DNA of 64,000 nucleotides from Verrucomicrobiaceae bacterium (lineage in GTDB: Bacteria; Verrucomicrobiota; Verrucomicrobiia; Verrucomicrobiales; Akkermansiaceae), in NCBI GenBank assembly GCA_051252135.1, contig JBPOGH010000002.1:1-64000 (forward strand). The letters are read 5' to 3'. The position numbers were made by a program, and so were the translations under genes. Below are positions 35,481 to 46,649 of the stretch, one piece after another. Below the pieces are notes generated by a model. It did no database searches and had not been told where the DNA came from. It saw nothing but the letters and a program-made list of their open reading frames with translations. Positions within the stretch are counted from its first letter, which is position 1. The number at the start of each line of letters is the position of its first letter.

Positions 35481-36779
35481 ATGAGTTTTTTCACGAAGAT
35501 TTCAGCTCTCTTTCTTTTGACGGTCCCTTGTTTTGGGCAAGGGGTGTCGATGGAGGATGCCTATGCAGTTCTCCAGCCGGCGGCGGCCAAGGGGGCGGAG
35601 GAGGCGAATCCGGAGGGGATCAAGGGACGGGTGCTGACAGGGTATCAGGGGTGGTTTCGGGCGGAGGGTGATGGGGCCGGGATGGGTTTTTACCATTATG
35701 AGCGGCGGGGGAAGTTTGAGCCGGGATTTAGCACGATCGATATTTGGCCGGATCTGTCGGAGTATGATGAGGACGAGAGGTATGATACGGCTTTTCGGCA
35801 TGCCGATGGAGGGGTGGCACAGGTGTTTAGTTCGGTGCATCCGAAGACGGTGAACCGTCATTTCAAGTGGATGAAGGACTACGGGATCGATGGGGCTTTT
35901 GTGCAGCGATTTGGGCTGGTGGGGGCGAAGGAGTATCGCTCGTATGAGCATTTGAAGTCGGACAACCGGAAGCTGGTTCTTTGTCGGGAGGCGGCGAATG
36001 CGAACGGGCGGTGTTATGCGTTGATGTATGATTTGAGCGGGCTAAGGGATGATGATTTTGAGCGTTTGGCGCGGGATTGGAAGCAGCTGCGGACGAAGAT
36101 GAAGCTGGGGGCGGACCCGAATGATCGTGCGTATTTGCAGCATGAGGGGAAGCCGCTGGTGGCGATTTGGGGAGTGGGTTTTAGTGATGATCGGGGTTAC
36201 AGTCTGGAGAAGACGGAGGAATTTATCCGGTTGCTGAAGTATAATCCTGACTGGGGTGGGTGTAGTATTATGCTGGGGGTGCCTTTCAGTTGGCGGGAGC
36301 AGAGACGGGATGCGACGAAGGATGAACGTTTACACGAGGTGTTGAAACTCGCTGATGTGATTAGTCCCTGGGCGGTGGGGCGTTATCACGAGGTGGCCTT
36401 TAAGGATGGGAAGCATGTGGCCAACCTGATGGAGGATCGGCGGTGGTGTGAGAAGAACGGGATCGACTATCTGCCCGTCGTTTATCCGGGGTTTAGTTGG
36501 CACAACATGAAGGGGGATAAACTGGATGCGATTCCACGGAGGAAGGGGGAGTTCTTGTGGGATCAGTTTGTCGCGGTGCGGGGTGCGGGAGTTGATACGG
36601 CTTACGTGGCGATGTTTGATGAGGTGGATGAGGCGACGGCGATTTTTAAGGTGAGTGATAATCCGCCGGTGGGTGAGGGTTCCCGGTTTCTCGATAATGA
36701 GGGGTTACCGAGTGATCACTATTTGAAGGTGACGCAGAAGGGCGGGATGCTTTTGCGGGGGGAGTTGCCGGGGGAGTAG
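35481..36779 (+). CDS. Glycoside hydrolase family 71/99-like protein
   Basis: Signal peptide; GYQGWF, HFKWMKDYGIDG.FVQRF, MYDLSG, PGFSW and AMFDEVDEATAI. Confidence 0.78.
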   Translation: MSFFTKISALFLLTVPCFGQGVSMEDAYAVLQPAAAKGAEEANPEGIKGRVLTGYQGWFRAEGDGAGMGFYHYERRGKFEPGFSTIDIWPDLSEYDEDERYDTAFRHADGGVAQVFSSVHPKTVNRHFKWMKDYGIDGAFVQRFGLVGAKEYRSYEHLKSDNRKLVLCREAANANGRCYALMYDLSGLRDDDFERLARDWKQLRTKMKLGADPNDRAYLQHEGKPLVAIWGVGFSDDRGYSLEKTEEFIRLLKYNPDWGGCSIMLGVPFSWREQRRDATKDERLHEVLKLADVISPWAVGRYHEVAFKDGKHVANLMEDRRWCEKNGIDYLPVVYPGFSWHNMKGDKLDAIPRRKGEFLWDQFVAVRGAGVDTAYVAMFDEVDEATAIFKVSDNPPVGEGSRFLDNEGLPSDHYLKVTQKGGMLLRGELPGE

Positions 36780-36801
36780 ATTTTTTACGGAGCCAATCGG
36801 C

Positions 36802-38316
36802 TTAGTACTTGAGAGGGGATTCGGGGGGGAGGGGGACGTTGTTTTCTTTTCGCCAGGTGACGAGTTGGTTGAGGAGGGATTTGGTGAGGGGGTGGTTTTT
36901 GTTGGCGAGGTTGTTGGATTCGGTGGGATCGGCTTTGAGGTCGTAGAGCTCGAGGGATCCGTCTTTTAGGAATTGGATGAGCTTCATGTGGTCCTTTCGG
37001 ATGACGGAGCAGGCGCCGTGTTTGTATTGGCTGGCGATGTGCCAGAAGAGGGGGCGTTCGTTGAGGGCGGGGGTGTCTTTTTTGAAGAGTGGGGTGAAGG
37101 AGTGGCCGTCGAGTGGTCCGGGGTAGTTGATGCCGGCGAGGTCGATGAAGGTGGGGAAGAAGTCGAGGACGCTGACCGGGGTGGAGGAGCGACGGGGGGT
37201 GACCTTGCCGGGCCAGTTGATCATGGCGGGGACTTTGATGCCGCCCTCGTAGATGTAGCCCTTGGAGCCGCGGAGTTTCTTGTTGGCGCTCTGGCCTCCG
37301 TTGTAGCCGTTGTCGGAAGTGAAGATGATGGCGGTGTTTTCGCGGAGGTTGTTTTGGTCGAGGAAGTCGACGATGCGTTTCATGTTGTCATCGAGTGATT
37401 CGATCATGGTGGCGTAGCCGGCGTGGATGATTTGTTTTTTGCCGGTGGCCATGCCTTGTCCGGTGAGGGGATCGCCGGGTTTGTTGAGGTATTTGTTGAG
37501 AAGCGTTTCGCTGCGGGCGCGGATGGGGCGGTGGACGGTGTAGTAGTTGAGATTGATGAAGAAGGGTTTGTCCTTGTTGGCGTCCATGAAGTCGATGGCT
37601 TCATCGGTGAGGCGGTCGGTGAGCCATTCGTCGGTTGGTTTTTGTTCGAGGTAGGGGTTGCTGAAGGGGGCGAAGTAGCCGCCGGTGGGGTTTTGGTATC
37701 CGTCGACTTCGAGGGCGGGGTCGCCGCGGTAGGTGCCGCCGACGTTTTTCTTGAAGCCGCGTCCTTCGGGGTAGTAGGCCATGATGGCCGGGGTCTTGTG
37801 ATGAGGGACCCAGCTGAAATCCCAAGGGTCGGGCTGGGTGAGTTTTTGTTGAAGAGGTTTCGGGAGGGCGAGTTCTTCGGTGGGGTAGGGTCCGACGACG
37901 TGCCACTTGCCGATGTGGATGGCGTGGTAGCCGGCTTTTTCCATGGGGTTGGAGAAGAAGGTGTGGTCGAGGTCGACGGTCCAGCGGGAGAAAATGTTTT
38001 GCCGGGCATTTCCTTTTTCAAGAACGGGGACGGTGTAGACGCCGGTGCGGAAGGATTGCTTACCGGTGAAGAAGGCGGTGCGGGAGGGGGAGCAGGTGGG
38101 GTACATGTAGGCGTTGTCGAGGACGAGGCCTTGTTCCGCGAGCTTGTCGAGGGTGGGGGTTTCGTACCACTTGGAGCCATTGAAGCCGACATCGGCGTAG
38201 CCCAAGTCATCGACGAGGACGAAGATGATGTTGGGCATTGGGGGAGCGCCGGCAGCCTGGGAGAGCAACGAAAGGAGGCTGGTGATGAGTGAGAAGAAGA
38301 GGAGCTTTGCGTGCAT
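36802..38316 (-). CDS. Sulfatase (S1)
   Basis: [24 protein letters not shown] and [11 protein letters not shown] 38316 gives a signal peptide. Confidence 0.92.
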   Translation of the reverse strand: MHAKLLFFSLITSLLSLLSQAAGAPPMPNIIFVLVDDLGYADVGFNGSKWYETPTLDKLAEQGLVLDNAYMYPTCSPSRTAFFTGKQSFRTGVYTVPVLEKGNARQNIFSRWTVDLDHTFFSNPMEKAGYHAIHIGKWHVVGPYPTEELALPKPLQQKLTQPDPWDFSWVPHHKTPAIMAYYPEGRGFKKNVGGTYRGDPALEVDGYQNPTGGYFAPFSNPYLEQKPTDEWLTDRLTDEAIDFMDANKDKPFFINLNYYTVHRPIRARSETLLNKYLNKPGDPLTGQGMATGKKQIIHAGYATMIESLDDNMKRIVDFLDQNNLRENTAIIFTSDNGYNGGQSANKKLRGSKGYIYEGGIKVPAMINWPGKVTPRRSSTPVSVLDFFPTFIDLAGINYPGPLDGHSFTPLFKKDTPALNERPLFWHIASQYKHGACSVIRKDHMKLIQFLKDGSLELYDLKADPTESNNLANKNHPLTKSLLNQLVTWRKENNVPLPPESPLKY

Positions 38317-38448
38317 CTTGTCTGGGGAATGTGTTTTTTTAGAGATGAGTGCAGTGTTTTTCCAGAGGCATTTTGGTTTGCCGTCCCCACTTTGGGGACT
38401 GGCCTTGAGATGTTGATCGGTATTTACTCGCGATACCTTTTTCTGAAT

Positions 38449-41376
38449 ATGACTGTGACCCGTAATGCTCTTTTCCTGATGTTCCTGGGTGTTGGGTCCC
38501 TGTTTGCGCAGAAGCAGCCGAATGTCCTCTTCCTGGCGGTGGATGATATGAACGATTGGATCGGGTGTCTGGGGACGACGCCGGGTGCGATCACCCCGAA
38601 TATTGACCGGCTGGCGGCACGGGGGGTGAGTTTTACGAATGCGCACACGCCGGGGGTTTATTGTGCGCCGGCGCGGGCGGCAATTTTTTCGGGGCAGTTT
38701 GCTTCGACGACGGGATGTTACCAGTCGGCGGATTACTTTACGGATCATCCGGAGATCGAGGGGCTGCAGACGAGTTTCGACAAGGCGGGTTATACGACCT
38801 TGGGGGCGGGGAAGTTGTTTCATCACATGCCGGGAAGCATCGATGTGCGGGGGTGGGATGAGTTTTTCCTGCGGAAGCGATCGCAGCGCAAGGAGGGGTG
38901 GTCGTTGGACAACTGGAGTGAGGAGACGCCGTTTCCCGATCCTTTTCCGGCGAGTGTTTTTAATGAAGGGAAGAAGGTGACGGGCGGGCTATTTCTGGAG
39001 TGGGCGGGATTGCCGAATGAGAGGGAGGAGGAGATGGCGGATACGATTCGGGTGAACTGGGCGGTGGAGCAGTTGGGGAAGGAGCATGAGAAGCCGTTCT
39101 TTTTGGCGTGTGGCATTTATGCGCCGCATTTTCCGAACTACTGTCCGCAGAAGTATTTTGATCTCTATGATCGGGATGCGATTGAGTTGCCACCGATCAA
39201 GGCGGACGATCTGGATGACCTTCCGGAGCGGATGAGGAAGGCGAAGACGGCGCGGTCGCGGATTCACAAGGAGCTTGAGGAAAAGGGCGCGGTGAAGGAT
39301 GCGATCCACGGCTATCTGGCGTGCATGAGTTATGCGGATGCGATGATGGGGCGCGTGCTTGATGCGCTGGAGGCGAGTCCCTATGCGGATAACACGATCG
39401 TGGTGCTGTGGAGTGATCATGGTTATCACCACGGGGAGAAGTATGATTGGGGGAAGCATACGCTTTGGGAACGGACGTCGAATGTGCCGTTTATCTGGGC
39501 GGGTCCGGGGGTGAAGAAGGGGGCGGTGACGGATGTGACGGCGAGCTTGATCGACATGTATCCGACTTTTGTGGAGATGTGTGGTTTGGCGAAGCCGCAT
39601 CAGGAGTTGGAAGGGGTTTCGCTGAAGGAGACCTTGGCGAAGCCGGAGGCGGCGAAGGATCGCGATGTTTATTTGCCTTACATGGATCCGGGTGAGTTCG
39701 CGGTGATTAACAGGGACTGGCGTTACATTTCCTACGGGAAGGATGGTGAGGAGCTTTATGATTTGAAGGCGGATCCGAATGAGTGGTTTAACTTGGCGGA
39801 GAAGCCCGAGTACGGGGAGAGGAAGGCGATTTTACGGAAGTCTGCGCCGAAGGAATTTGCTCCGGGGACGCCGAAGCGGACGATCGGGAAGGATCTGATC
39901 ATTGAGGGGGAGTCATTTCATTGGAGGAAGGAAGGAGAGAAAGTTCCGGCGAAGAAGATCGGGGGGAAGAAGAGGAAGAATGTCCTCTTTATCGTTTGCG
40001 ATGATCTGAACACGCATGTGACACCGTCGGGCTATGAACATATTTTGACGCCGACGATGACGCAATTTGCCTCGGAGGCGATGACGTTTCAGCGAGCTTT
40101 TTGCCAGTATCCGGTTTGCGGGCCTTCACGGGCTTCGCTCTTGAGTGGCCTCTATCCTGAATCCACCGGGGTTCTTGATAACAAGGCGGACATTCGGGAG
40201 ACGCGTCCGGGGACGGTTTCGATGCCGCAGTATTTTAAGGAGAATGGTTACTGGACCGCGGAAGTGGGCAAGGTTTTCCATAATCCGCAGAGTAACCATG
40301 GTGCCGTGGCTTGGCATGAGTCCCACTTTTACGCGAACGATGAACTGCCCATTGTGACTGCTGCGCGGAAGGAATTTGAAGCGGAGAATGGATCCGTGGA
40401 ACTTCCCAAGAATCGCAAGGCCTGGAAGACTCTTTCCAAGCAAGTGGCGAGCAAGCTGGATGCGCAAACACCTCCGGGGTTTGGGCGCAGTGGGCTGGCG
40501 GATGCGCAGCACAAGGACGGCAAGAACGCGCGGATGGTGGCGAAGTGGCTGCGTGAGAAGCCGAATAGGGGGAAGCCGTTTTTCATCGCGTGTGGGATTC
40601 AAAAGCCGCACGTTCCCTTTCTCGCGCCGTCGAAATACTTTGATCGCTATCCGCTCGATGAGATCGTCTATACGCCGGATAGGGCCGATCTTTGGGAGAG
40701 CATTCCCCGGGGTGCGCTTGATGGACGTTACAAGCAATTTGGCTTTGAGCTGGGGAAGGAAGATGACGCGCGTCGGCGGGAATACATGCAGGCTTACCAC
40801 GCGTGCGTGAGTTTCATCGATGCCCAGCTGAAGCTGGTGATAGATGCGCTCAAGGAGAGCGGTCAGTGGGAGGATACGATCGTTATTCTGACATCTGATC
40901 ACGGCTATCACCTCGGCGACCATTTTATGTGGGGGAAGGTGAGTCTTTTCGACATTGGGGCCAGGGTTCCTTTTGTCATTCGTGTTCCGGGTCTCACAAA
41001 GCCGGGGACGGAATCACAGGCGATGGTGGAGTTGATCGATATTTATCCGACTCTGGTTCATCTCACCGGACTGGAGCGGCCAGTGCATGTGCAGGGGGCT
41101 TCGCTTCGACCGCTTCTGGGTCATCCCGAGCGGTTGGGGAAAAAGAACTACGCATACAGCGTCGTGAAGCGGGGGGACAAGATGGGCTACGCGCTGCGTA
41201 ACCAGAAGTGGCGTTATGGCAAGTGGCAAGATGGCGAGGAGCTCTACAATTTAACCGATGACCCCGAGGAGAAGAAGAACCTCGTGAAGAAGGAGGGGCT
41301 TGAGCATCGACTCGATGAATTTCGACGTGTTCTCAAAATCAGACAGGAGCAAGCAGCCAGTCGTCGCCAGCCTTGA
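38449..41376 (+). CDS. Tandem double sulfatase (two iduronate/choline-sulfatase-like domains)
   Basis: Domain 1 has [14 protein letters not shown] and SDHG; domain 2 has [14 protein letters not shown] and SDHG. They are joined by a Lys-rich linker. Confidence 0.9.
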   Translation: MTVTRNALFLMFLGVGSLFAQKQPNVLFLAVDDMNDWIGCLGTTPGAITPNIDRLAARGVSFTNAHTPGVYCAPARAAIFSGQFASTTGCYQSADYFTDHPEIEGLQTSFDKAGYTTLGAGKLFHHMPGSIDVRGWDEFFLRKRSQRKEGWSLDNWSEETPFPDPFPASVFNEGKKVTGGLFLEWAGLPNEREEEMADTIRVNWAVEQLGKEHEKPFFLACGIYAPHFPNYCPQKYFDLYDRDAIELPPIKADDLDDLPERMRKAKTARSRIHKELEEKGAVKDAIHGYLACMSYADAMMGRVLDALEASPYADNTIVVLWSDHGYHHGEKYDWGKHTLWERTSNVPFIWAGPGVKKGAVTDVTASLIDMYPTFVEMCGLAKPHQELEGVSLKETLAKPEAAKDRDVYLPYMDPGEFAVINRDWRYISYGKDGEELYDLKADPNEWFNLAEKPEYGERKAILRKSAPKEFAPGTPKRTIGKDLIIEGESFHWRKEGEKVPAKKIGGKKRKNVLFIVCDDLNTHVTPSGYEHILTPTMTQFASEAMTFQRAFCQYPVCGPSRASLLSGLYPESTGVLDNKADIRETRPGTVSMPQYFKENGYWTAEVGKVFHNPQSNHGAVAWHESHFYANDELPIVTAARKEFEAENGSVELPKNRKAWKTLSKQVASKLDAQTPPGFGRSGLADAQHKDGKNARMVAKWLREKPNRGKPFFIACGIQKPHVPFLAPSKYFDRYPLDEIVYTPDRADLWESIPRGALDGRYKQFGFELGKEDDARRREYMQAYHACVSFIDAQLKLVIDALKESGQWEDTIVILTSDHGYHLGDHFMWGKVSLFDIGARVPFVIRVPGLTKPGTESQAMVELIDIYPTLVHLTGLERPVHVQGASLRPLLGHPERLGKKNYAYSVVKRGDKMGYALRNQKWRYGKWQDGEELYNLTDDPEEKKNLVKKEGLEHRLDEFRRVLKIRQEQAASRRQP

Positions 41377-41416
41377 TTCTTTTCATCCCAAATTAAGACC
41401 AGTAGAGTCAAATATT

Positions 41417-43207
41417 ATGCCCACCATTCCGATCTCAGAAGCGAAAGCAGAATACGATGTTGTCATTGTTGGCTCCGGGGCCGGAGGTGGCCAGATGGCC
41501 TACACTCTAACCCTTGCGGGTCTGAAGTGTCTGATGCTGGAGGCGGGACGTTCCTATGATCCGGCCACCGAGACGGCGATGTTTCAGCGTGGTGACCAGG
41601 CGCCGTTGGGCGGGTCATCGACGCCGGACAAGAATTTTGGATTCTTTGATGCGACGGTGGATGGCGGTTGGCAAGTTCCGGACGAGCCTTATACGCAGGC
41701 GAGCGACAAGGCGGAGGAGCAGTTTATGTGGTGGCGTGCGCGCATGATGGGCGGGCGGACGAATCACTGGGGTCGGATCTCGCTGCGGAACGGGCCTTAT
41801 GATTTTAAGCCATATTCGCGGGACGGGCTCGGCTTTGACTGGCCGATTTCCTATGATGATCTGGAGCCCTACTACACGAAGGTGGAGAAGCTCATTGGGG
41901 TTTATGGGACGAATGAAGGGATGGAAAATACTCCCGATTCTCCTACGGGAGTTTTGCAGCCGCCGCCGAAGGGCCGGGTGGGTGATTTGATGATTCAGAA
42001 GCACGCAAAGAAAGCGGGCGTGCCGGTGGTGCCGATTCACCGGGCGGTGCTGACGAAGCCGCAGGACGGGCCGAAGTTGTCTGCGGAACTTCATCCCGAT
42101 GATCCCGAGGCGCAGAAGATTGTGTCGCAGTCGATGTCATCGCGGGCGGCCTGTTTTTGGGCGACGGATTGTGGTCGTGGCTGCAGCATCCGCGCAAACT
42201 ATCAAAGCACGACGGTGCATCTGCCGCCCGCGTTGGCGACGGGGAATTTGGATATCATTCCGAATGCGCATGTGCGTGAAGTGATCGTGGGGAAGGATGG
42301 GAAGGCGAAGGGGGTGCTCTTTATCGACAAGACGACAGGCAGGGAAGAGCGGGTGAAAGGGAAGGCGGTGGTGCTGGCGGCGAGCAGTGGTGAGACGGTG
42401 CGGATTCTTTTGAATTCCAACAGTGGCGAGGGGATTGCGAACTCGAGCGGCTTGGTTGGGAAATACATCATGGATACGGTGGGGTCGGATATGTTGGGAC
42501 AGATTCCCGCATTGGAGAATCTTCCGGCGCACAACGATGATGGAGCGGGCGGGTGTCATTTCTACAGTCCGTGGTGGCTCTACAAGGAGCAGAAGGCGGG
42601 CAAGCTCGACTTCGCGCGTGGATACCATATCGAGATCGGCGGAACGCGCAGTATGCCGAAGGGAAACAGCCCGGTGCCGGGTCAGTATCTGAAAGGCCTC
42701 TACGGGACGAAGCTCAAGGAAGAGGCGCGGCGTTACTATGGGTCCTTTGTTCACCTGGCTTGTCGGGGAGAGATGATTCCGAACGAGGGGTCTTTTGCGG
42801 AGCTGGATTCCGAGGTGAAGGACAAGTGGGGGATTCCGGTGATGAAGTGGCACTGGAAATGGAGCGAGCACGAACTCAACATGGCGGCTCATGCCCAGAA
42901 GACCTTTGGTGAAGTGTTCGAGGCGGCGGGAGGCAAGGGTCTCTACGATCCGAAGCGGGATGGGCGCAAGGCGATCCTGAAGGGAGGGCAGGTCATTCAC
43001 GAAGTGGGTGGCGCGATCATGGGGGCCGACGGGAAGAAGTCGGTCTGCAATGAATGGAACCAAACGTGGGATATCAAGAATCTCCTCCTGTGCGACGGGT
43101 CGCCTTTTGCCTCGAATGCGGACAAGAATCCCACGGAAACCATCATGGCGCTCGCGTGGCGGGCGGCGGATCGCCTTATTGAAGAAGCCCGGAAAGGAAA
43201 CCTCTAA
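41417..43207 (+). CDS. GMC family FAD oxidoreductase (glycoside 3-dehydrogenase flavoprotein-like)
   Basis: VGSGAGGG, GGRTNHWGR, DWPISY.DL.PYY, HEVGG..MG and NPT.TIMAL. Confidence 0.9.
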   Translation: MPTIPISEAKAEYDVVIVGSGAGGGQMAYTLTLAGLKCLMLEAGRSYDPATETAMFQRGDQAPLGGSSTPDKNFGFFDATVDGGWQVPDEPYTQASDKAEEQFMWWRARMMGGRTNHWGRISLRNGPYDFKPYSRDGLGFDWPISYDDLEPYYTKVEKLIGVYGTNEGMENTPDSPTGVLQPPPKGRVGDLMIQKHAKKAGVPVVPIHRAVLTKPQDGPKLSAELHPDDPEAQKIVSQSMSSRAACFWATDCGRGCSIRANYQSTTVHLPPALATGNLDIIPNAHVREVIVGKDGKAKGVLFIDKTTGREERVKGKAVVLAASSGETVRILLNSNSGEGIANSSGLVGKYIMDTVGSDMLGQIPALENLPAHNDDGAGGCHFYSPWWLYKEQKAGKLDFARGYHIEIGGTRSMPKGNSPVPGQYLKGLYGTKLKEEARRYYGSFVHLACRGEMIPNEGSFAELDSEVKDKWGIPVMKWHWKWSEHELNMAAHAQKTFGEVFEAAGGKGLYDPKRDGRKAILKGGQVIHEVGGAIMGADGKKSVCNEWNQTWDIKNLLLCDGSPFASNADKNPTETIMALAWRAADRLIEEARKGNL

Positions 43208-43220
43208 ACGCAACAGAAAC

Positions 43221-43844
43221 ATGAATTCACAGAATACAGAAAATCGCCTTTCCCGTCGTCACGTTCTTGGATGGTTCGCGGCCGCGGCTGCGACCGAAGG
43301 GCTTGCGTTGCCGTCCTTTGGGCAATCGGTGCAGCCGGCGACCAAGGGTTACGGACAGGACCCGGTGCTCAACAAGAATTACGAGCCGGGTGAAGTGTGG
43401 CCGCTTCTATTTTCAGCGAAAGAGAAGAAGGCTGCGACGGCCCTGGCGGATGTCATTTTACCGAAGGATGAATTTGGTCCGGCGGCGAGCGAGGTGCGGG
43501 TGCCTGACTTTGTTGATGAATGGATCAGTGCTCCTTATCCAAGACAGGAGGGGGACCGGGGGGTGATTATTCCGGGTCTCAAGAAGCTCGATGAAGAATG
43601 CCGGAAGCATTTTCAAAAAGACTTCGCTGACCTTGGTGCGGCGCAAAAGACAGCGGTCTGTGACGAGATGGCGAAGGGGGATTATTTTTTTCACCTCTTC
43701 ACGTTGATTGCCTCGGGAGCGTACTACAGCACGCAGGAGGGGTGGCAGGCGATTGGTTACAAGGGGAATACGCCGACGGTGACCTTTGATGGTCCACCGA
43801 AGGAGGTGCTGGACCGGCTGGGGCTGGAGCAGACGGTGGAGTGA
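43221..43844 (+). CDS. Gluconate 2-dehydrogenase subunit 3 family protein (Tat-exported partner)
   Basis: Twin-Arg SRRHVL; LADVILP...PAAS..VPDFVDEW and YYST.EGW..IGY.GN. Confidence 0.88.
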   Translation: MNSQNTENRLSRRHVLGWFAAAAATEGLALPSFGQSVQPATKGYGQDPVLNKNYEPGEVWPLLFSAKEKKAATALADVILPKDEFGPAASEVRVPDFVDEWISAPYPRQEGDRGVIIPGLKKLDEECRKHFQKDFADLGAAQKTAVCDEMAKGDYFFHLFTLIASGAYYSTQEGWQAIGYKGNTPTVTFDGPPKEVLDRLGLEQTVE

Positions 43845-43883
43845 GGTGTCGGGTTCCGGTTGATTCGAGGGTTCTGTGAGAGT

Positions 43884-43909
43884 GTCCCCCTTTTGGGGAC
43901 TATTTTTTT
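43884..43909 (+). terminator. Rho-independent terminator
   Basis: GTCCCC-ctttt-GGGGAC followed by TATTTTTTT. Confidence 0.65.
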
Positions 43910-44042
43910 GGAGGGGGAGCGACCTAAGCTGGGGAAAGGTGCGAGCTTCATGATTCATCGTGGGGAAGCACCGGGCTTATCGCAATCGGTTTGTTTTTAA
44001 GCCTGTGAGTGATCAGCGATTGAGAACCAACGTTTAGATACA

Positions 44043-44204
44043 ATGAAGACAAAGAAGATGATTACGCAGATAGCAGCCTTCGGCCTGATGGCCACTTTGG
44101 CTGATGGTGCCACTCTCCGCTACAATGGGAGCGGGAATTGGAATGATGTTTCCAATAATGACAGCGGGTGGGGGGAGAAAGGAGAGGTTTCGGAAGTCGA
44201 GTAA
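44043..44204 (+). pseudogene. N-terminal remnant of a secreted (PEP-CTERM-like) protein, or a small secreted peptide
   Basis: 53-aa ORF MKTKKMITQIAAFGLMATLADG-ATLRYNGSGNWND...: a clear signal peptide followed by an early stop. Confidence 0.5.
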
Positions 44205-44382
44205 TCGATGAGGGTGGCAGGCGAAGATGCGGGGGGCTCCGGCTCGGCTGCCTGTGAGGTAAAAAAGGGGAGCAGGAGGGGTGTTTTCACCAGCGGGTTA
44301 ATGATGTCCCGACGGCATCATGTTTCTTGGTGGATTGAGACAAGGAAGCCCCTTTAAAACGAGGGTCAAATTTGAGAATTTG

Positions 44383-44970
44383 TTACCTCTTACGGCGAAC
44401 AACGAGACCGATCGCACTCAGACCCACAAGAGCCGTGCTTGAGGGCTCAGGGGTTGTTGTGAACGTTGTTGTGCTGATTCCATGGAGGGTAGAAGTGCTC
44501 GTTGAGTTGTAATCAAAGGCGATGTTTGGCCCGTTCGTAATGACAGAAGACTGGTTGGTAACAGGAGCCGAGGTATTTACCGACAACACGTTTCCTGAAA
44601 AAGTATGGATGGGATTGATGGTGCCCGGGGATGCAATGGGGCTAAAGTTTAAGATCGATTCGATGCCCACCTGATCAATGTGCCAAAAAGACTGCTCGAT
44701 GGTAGCGATTGGGTCTCCGCCTGTAATGGCGATGTTGTATCCAACGTTGGATCCTTGAGTGGTGCGGCTGAAATACCAACCGAAATTCGCCGCATTCGCT
44801 ACGACAAAGTTGCTATTGGTTCCGGTGAGAATGGCCGTGTAGGTCCCGTTACTCCAAGTCAGCTCGGCTGGAGCAGTTTGAGTGGAGGTCGACCAATCAA
44901 TCACGAAAGTCTGTGCATTTGCAGCTGCTGCTGTGGCTATCGCGGCGATGATGATTAAGGTGGTTTTCAT
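44383..44970 (-). CDS. PEP-CTERM sorting domain protein
   Basis: Signal peptide, Thr/Ser/Asn-rich body and TPEPSSTALVGLSAIGLVVRRKR. Confidence 0.9.
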   Translation of the reverse strand: MKTTLIIIAAIATAAAANAQTFVIDWSTSTQTAPAELTWSNGTYTAILTGTNSNFVVANAANFGWYFSRTTQGSNVGYNIAITGGDPIATIEQSFWHIDQVGIESILNFSPIASPGTINPIHTFSGNVLSVNTSAPVTNQSSVITNGPNIAFDYNSTSTSTLHGISTTTFTTTPEPSSTALVGLSAIGLVVRRKR

Positions 44971-45221
44971 GGGGAAGTGATTGGGGACGCGAATCCTGAC
45001 ATTCTTGAGGGTGGCGATAATATCAAAATTTAATAAGTTATCAACATTTATTAACAGTGGTGTTAAGAGGGTCTATCCCGCAGTGCGTACAGGAGAGAGT
45101 AGTCTACTGCATCTTCTTAGCTTAAATGGTTTTAAGGTGGGGTGAGTCGGCTTGATGTAAGGCGGAGATGCGCGTACCAAGCGATGTCGGGGACTTTAGG
45201 GTGAAAGCACCCAAGGGTAAT

Positions 45222-46649
45222 TTATTTGGGCTGCTTATTGGATGTGGAGGATGCCTTGCATGGCTTGCCAGTTCTTGCCAGGACCCTGAGGGCTTGGTGG
45301 TCGACTTTTGCATTGTGGCGGGAGTCGGTGGGGATTTTGTCGATGCGTTGAACGTGTTCGATGTTGGCCCAGGGGAGTTGTTTTTGGATTTCGGGGATGG
45401 CTTCTTCGAGGTAGAGGGTTCCCTGATGGAAGGCGCAGCGATGGTGGGGATAGAGGGCGCGGACGGCGGCTTCGACCTGGAGGGGGTAGAGGTTTTGCCA
45501 TTGTTGGGAATGGCGTCCAAGGAGCCAGAGCCGGCCCTGGTCATCGAGGCGTCCAGCATCGCCGGTGCGGTGCCAGATTTGACCATCGAGGGTGATTTTG
45601 TTTTCGGTATCGCCATGACCATCGAGGTAGCCTTTGAGGACGTGCGGGCCGGTGACGAGGATTTCGTCGTCAATGATGCGAAGTTGGATTTGGTCGACGG
45701 GTGTTCCGGCGGGGAGTCCTTTTCCGGAGGCGATGAGGTGTTGGATTTCGGGGGTGAGTTGGGAGGCGGGGAAGTGGGCGATGGGTTCGGCTTCGGAGGA
45801 GCCGTAGACGGCGTGGAACTTGTCGGGGTGGCGGGCGAGGAGATCGGAGAAGACAGGGGCGCCGCCGGTGTGGAGTTCGGTCATGGGGGTGAAGAACTCG
45901 GGCGGAAGGGCTTCGAAAAAGGCGGGTGAGGCGGTGCAGCGGGTGATGTGGTGTTGTCGGACTTGAGCGAGGATTTTGGGGGCGTCGGGGAAACCGGGTC
46001 GGGTGAGGTCGGTGTCGGCAATGACGCTGGTGAGCCCGTGGGAGAGATTGGAGAGGAGGAAGACGGGAAGGGTGACGAGATCGACTTGGCCGGGTTTTAG
46101 GCGGAGGCTTTCGGAGAGGGTTTCGTCCTGGGCCAAGAGGAATTGGTGGGAGCGGACGATCCCTTTTGGGGTGCCGGTGGAGCCGCTGGTGAAGGTGATG
46201 AGGGCGGGGTGTTCGGGGGGGAGGTCGACGAGTTGGCAGGGTGAGTTTTTGGGGTTCCAATGGTGGGTGAAGGGAAGCTTGGGTCCGGTGGAAAAGGCGT
46301 TTCTAAGTCGACGGTATTTGAGGCGGAGGAGTTGGGCCTTGGGGCTGCCGAGGAAGGCTTTAGGCGGGAGCCAATCGAGGCATTGGTTGATGAATTGAGA
46401 GCCCTTGGCGGGATCGACGAGGATGACGGTGAGTCCGGCGTGGAAGCAGCTGAGGAGGATTTCGTAGAGCTCAATGGTGATGGGATGGAGGACGAGGACG
46501 GGGTCGCCAATTTGGAGTCCCTTTTCGCGGAGAAGTTGGGCGCCGCCTTGAACGCGTTGGTTGAGTACGCCGAAGGTGATCGATCGGTCGCGATCGATGA
46601 TCGCCACGTGATCGGGGTTTTGTTCTGCGAGCTTGTGGACGAGATTCAT
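45222..46649 (-). CDS. AMP-dependent ligase (ANL superfamily, OleC-like)
   Basis: FTSGSTGTPKG, YGSSEAEP, WHRTGDAG and DSRHNAKVD. Confidence 0.88.
   Translation of the reverse strand: MNLVHKLAEQNPDHVAIIDRDRSITFGVLNQRVQGGAQLLREKGLQIGDPVLVLHPITIELYEILLSCFHAGLTVILVDPAKGSQFINQCLDWLPPKAFLGSPKAQLLRLKYRRLRNAFSTGPKLPFTHHWNPKNSPCQLVDLPPEHPALITFTSGSTGTPKGIVRSHQFLLAQDETLSESLRLKPGQVDLVTLPVFLLSNLSHGLTSVIADTDLTRPGFPDAPKILAQVRQHHITRCTASPAFFEALPPEFFTPMTELHTGGAPVFSDLLARHPDKFHAVYGSSEAEPIAHFPASQLTPEIQHLIASGKGLPAGTPVDQIQLRIIDDEILVTGPHVLKGYLDGHGDTENKITLDGQIWHRTGDAGRLDDQGRLWLLGRHSQQWQNLYPLQVEAAVRALYPHHRCAFHQGTLYLEEAIPEIQKQLPWANIEHVQRIDKIPTDSRHNAKVDHQALRVLARTGKPCKASSTSNKQPK

Noticed and set aside
38311..38826. N-terminal extensions in the ORF track (36802-38826, 38311-41376, 34126-35397, 23315-24931, 49621-52164)
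   Set aside because: They overlap neighbouring genes or structured elements; downstream starts give signal peptides or stop/start coupling.
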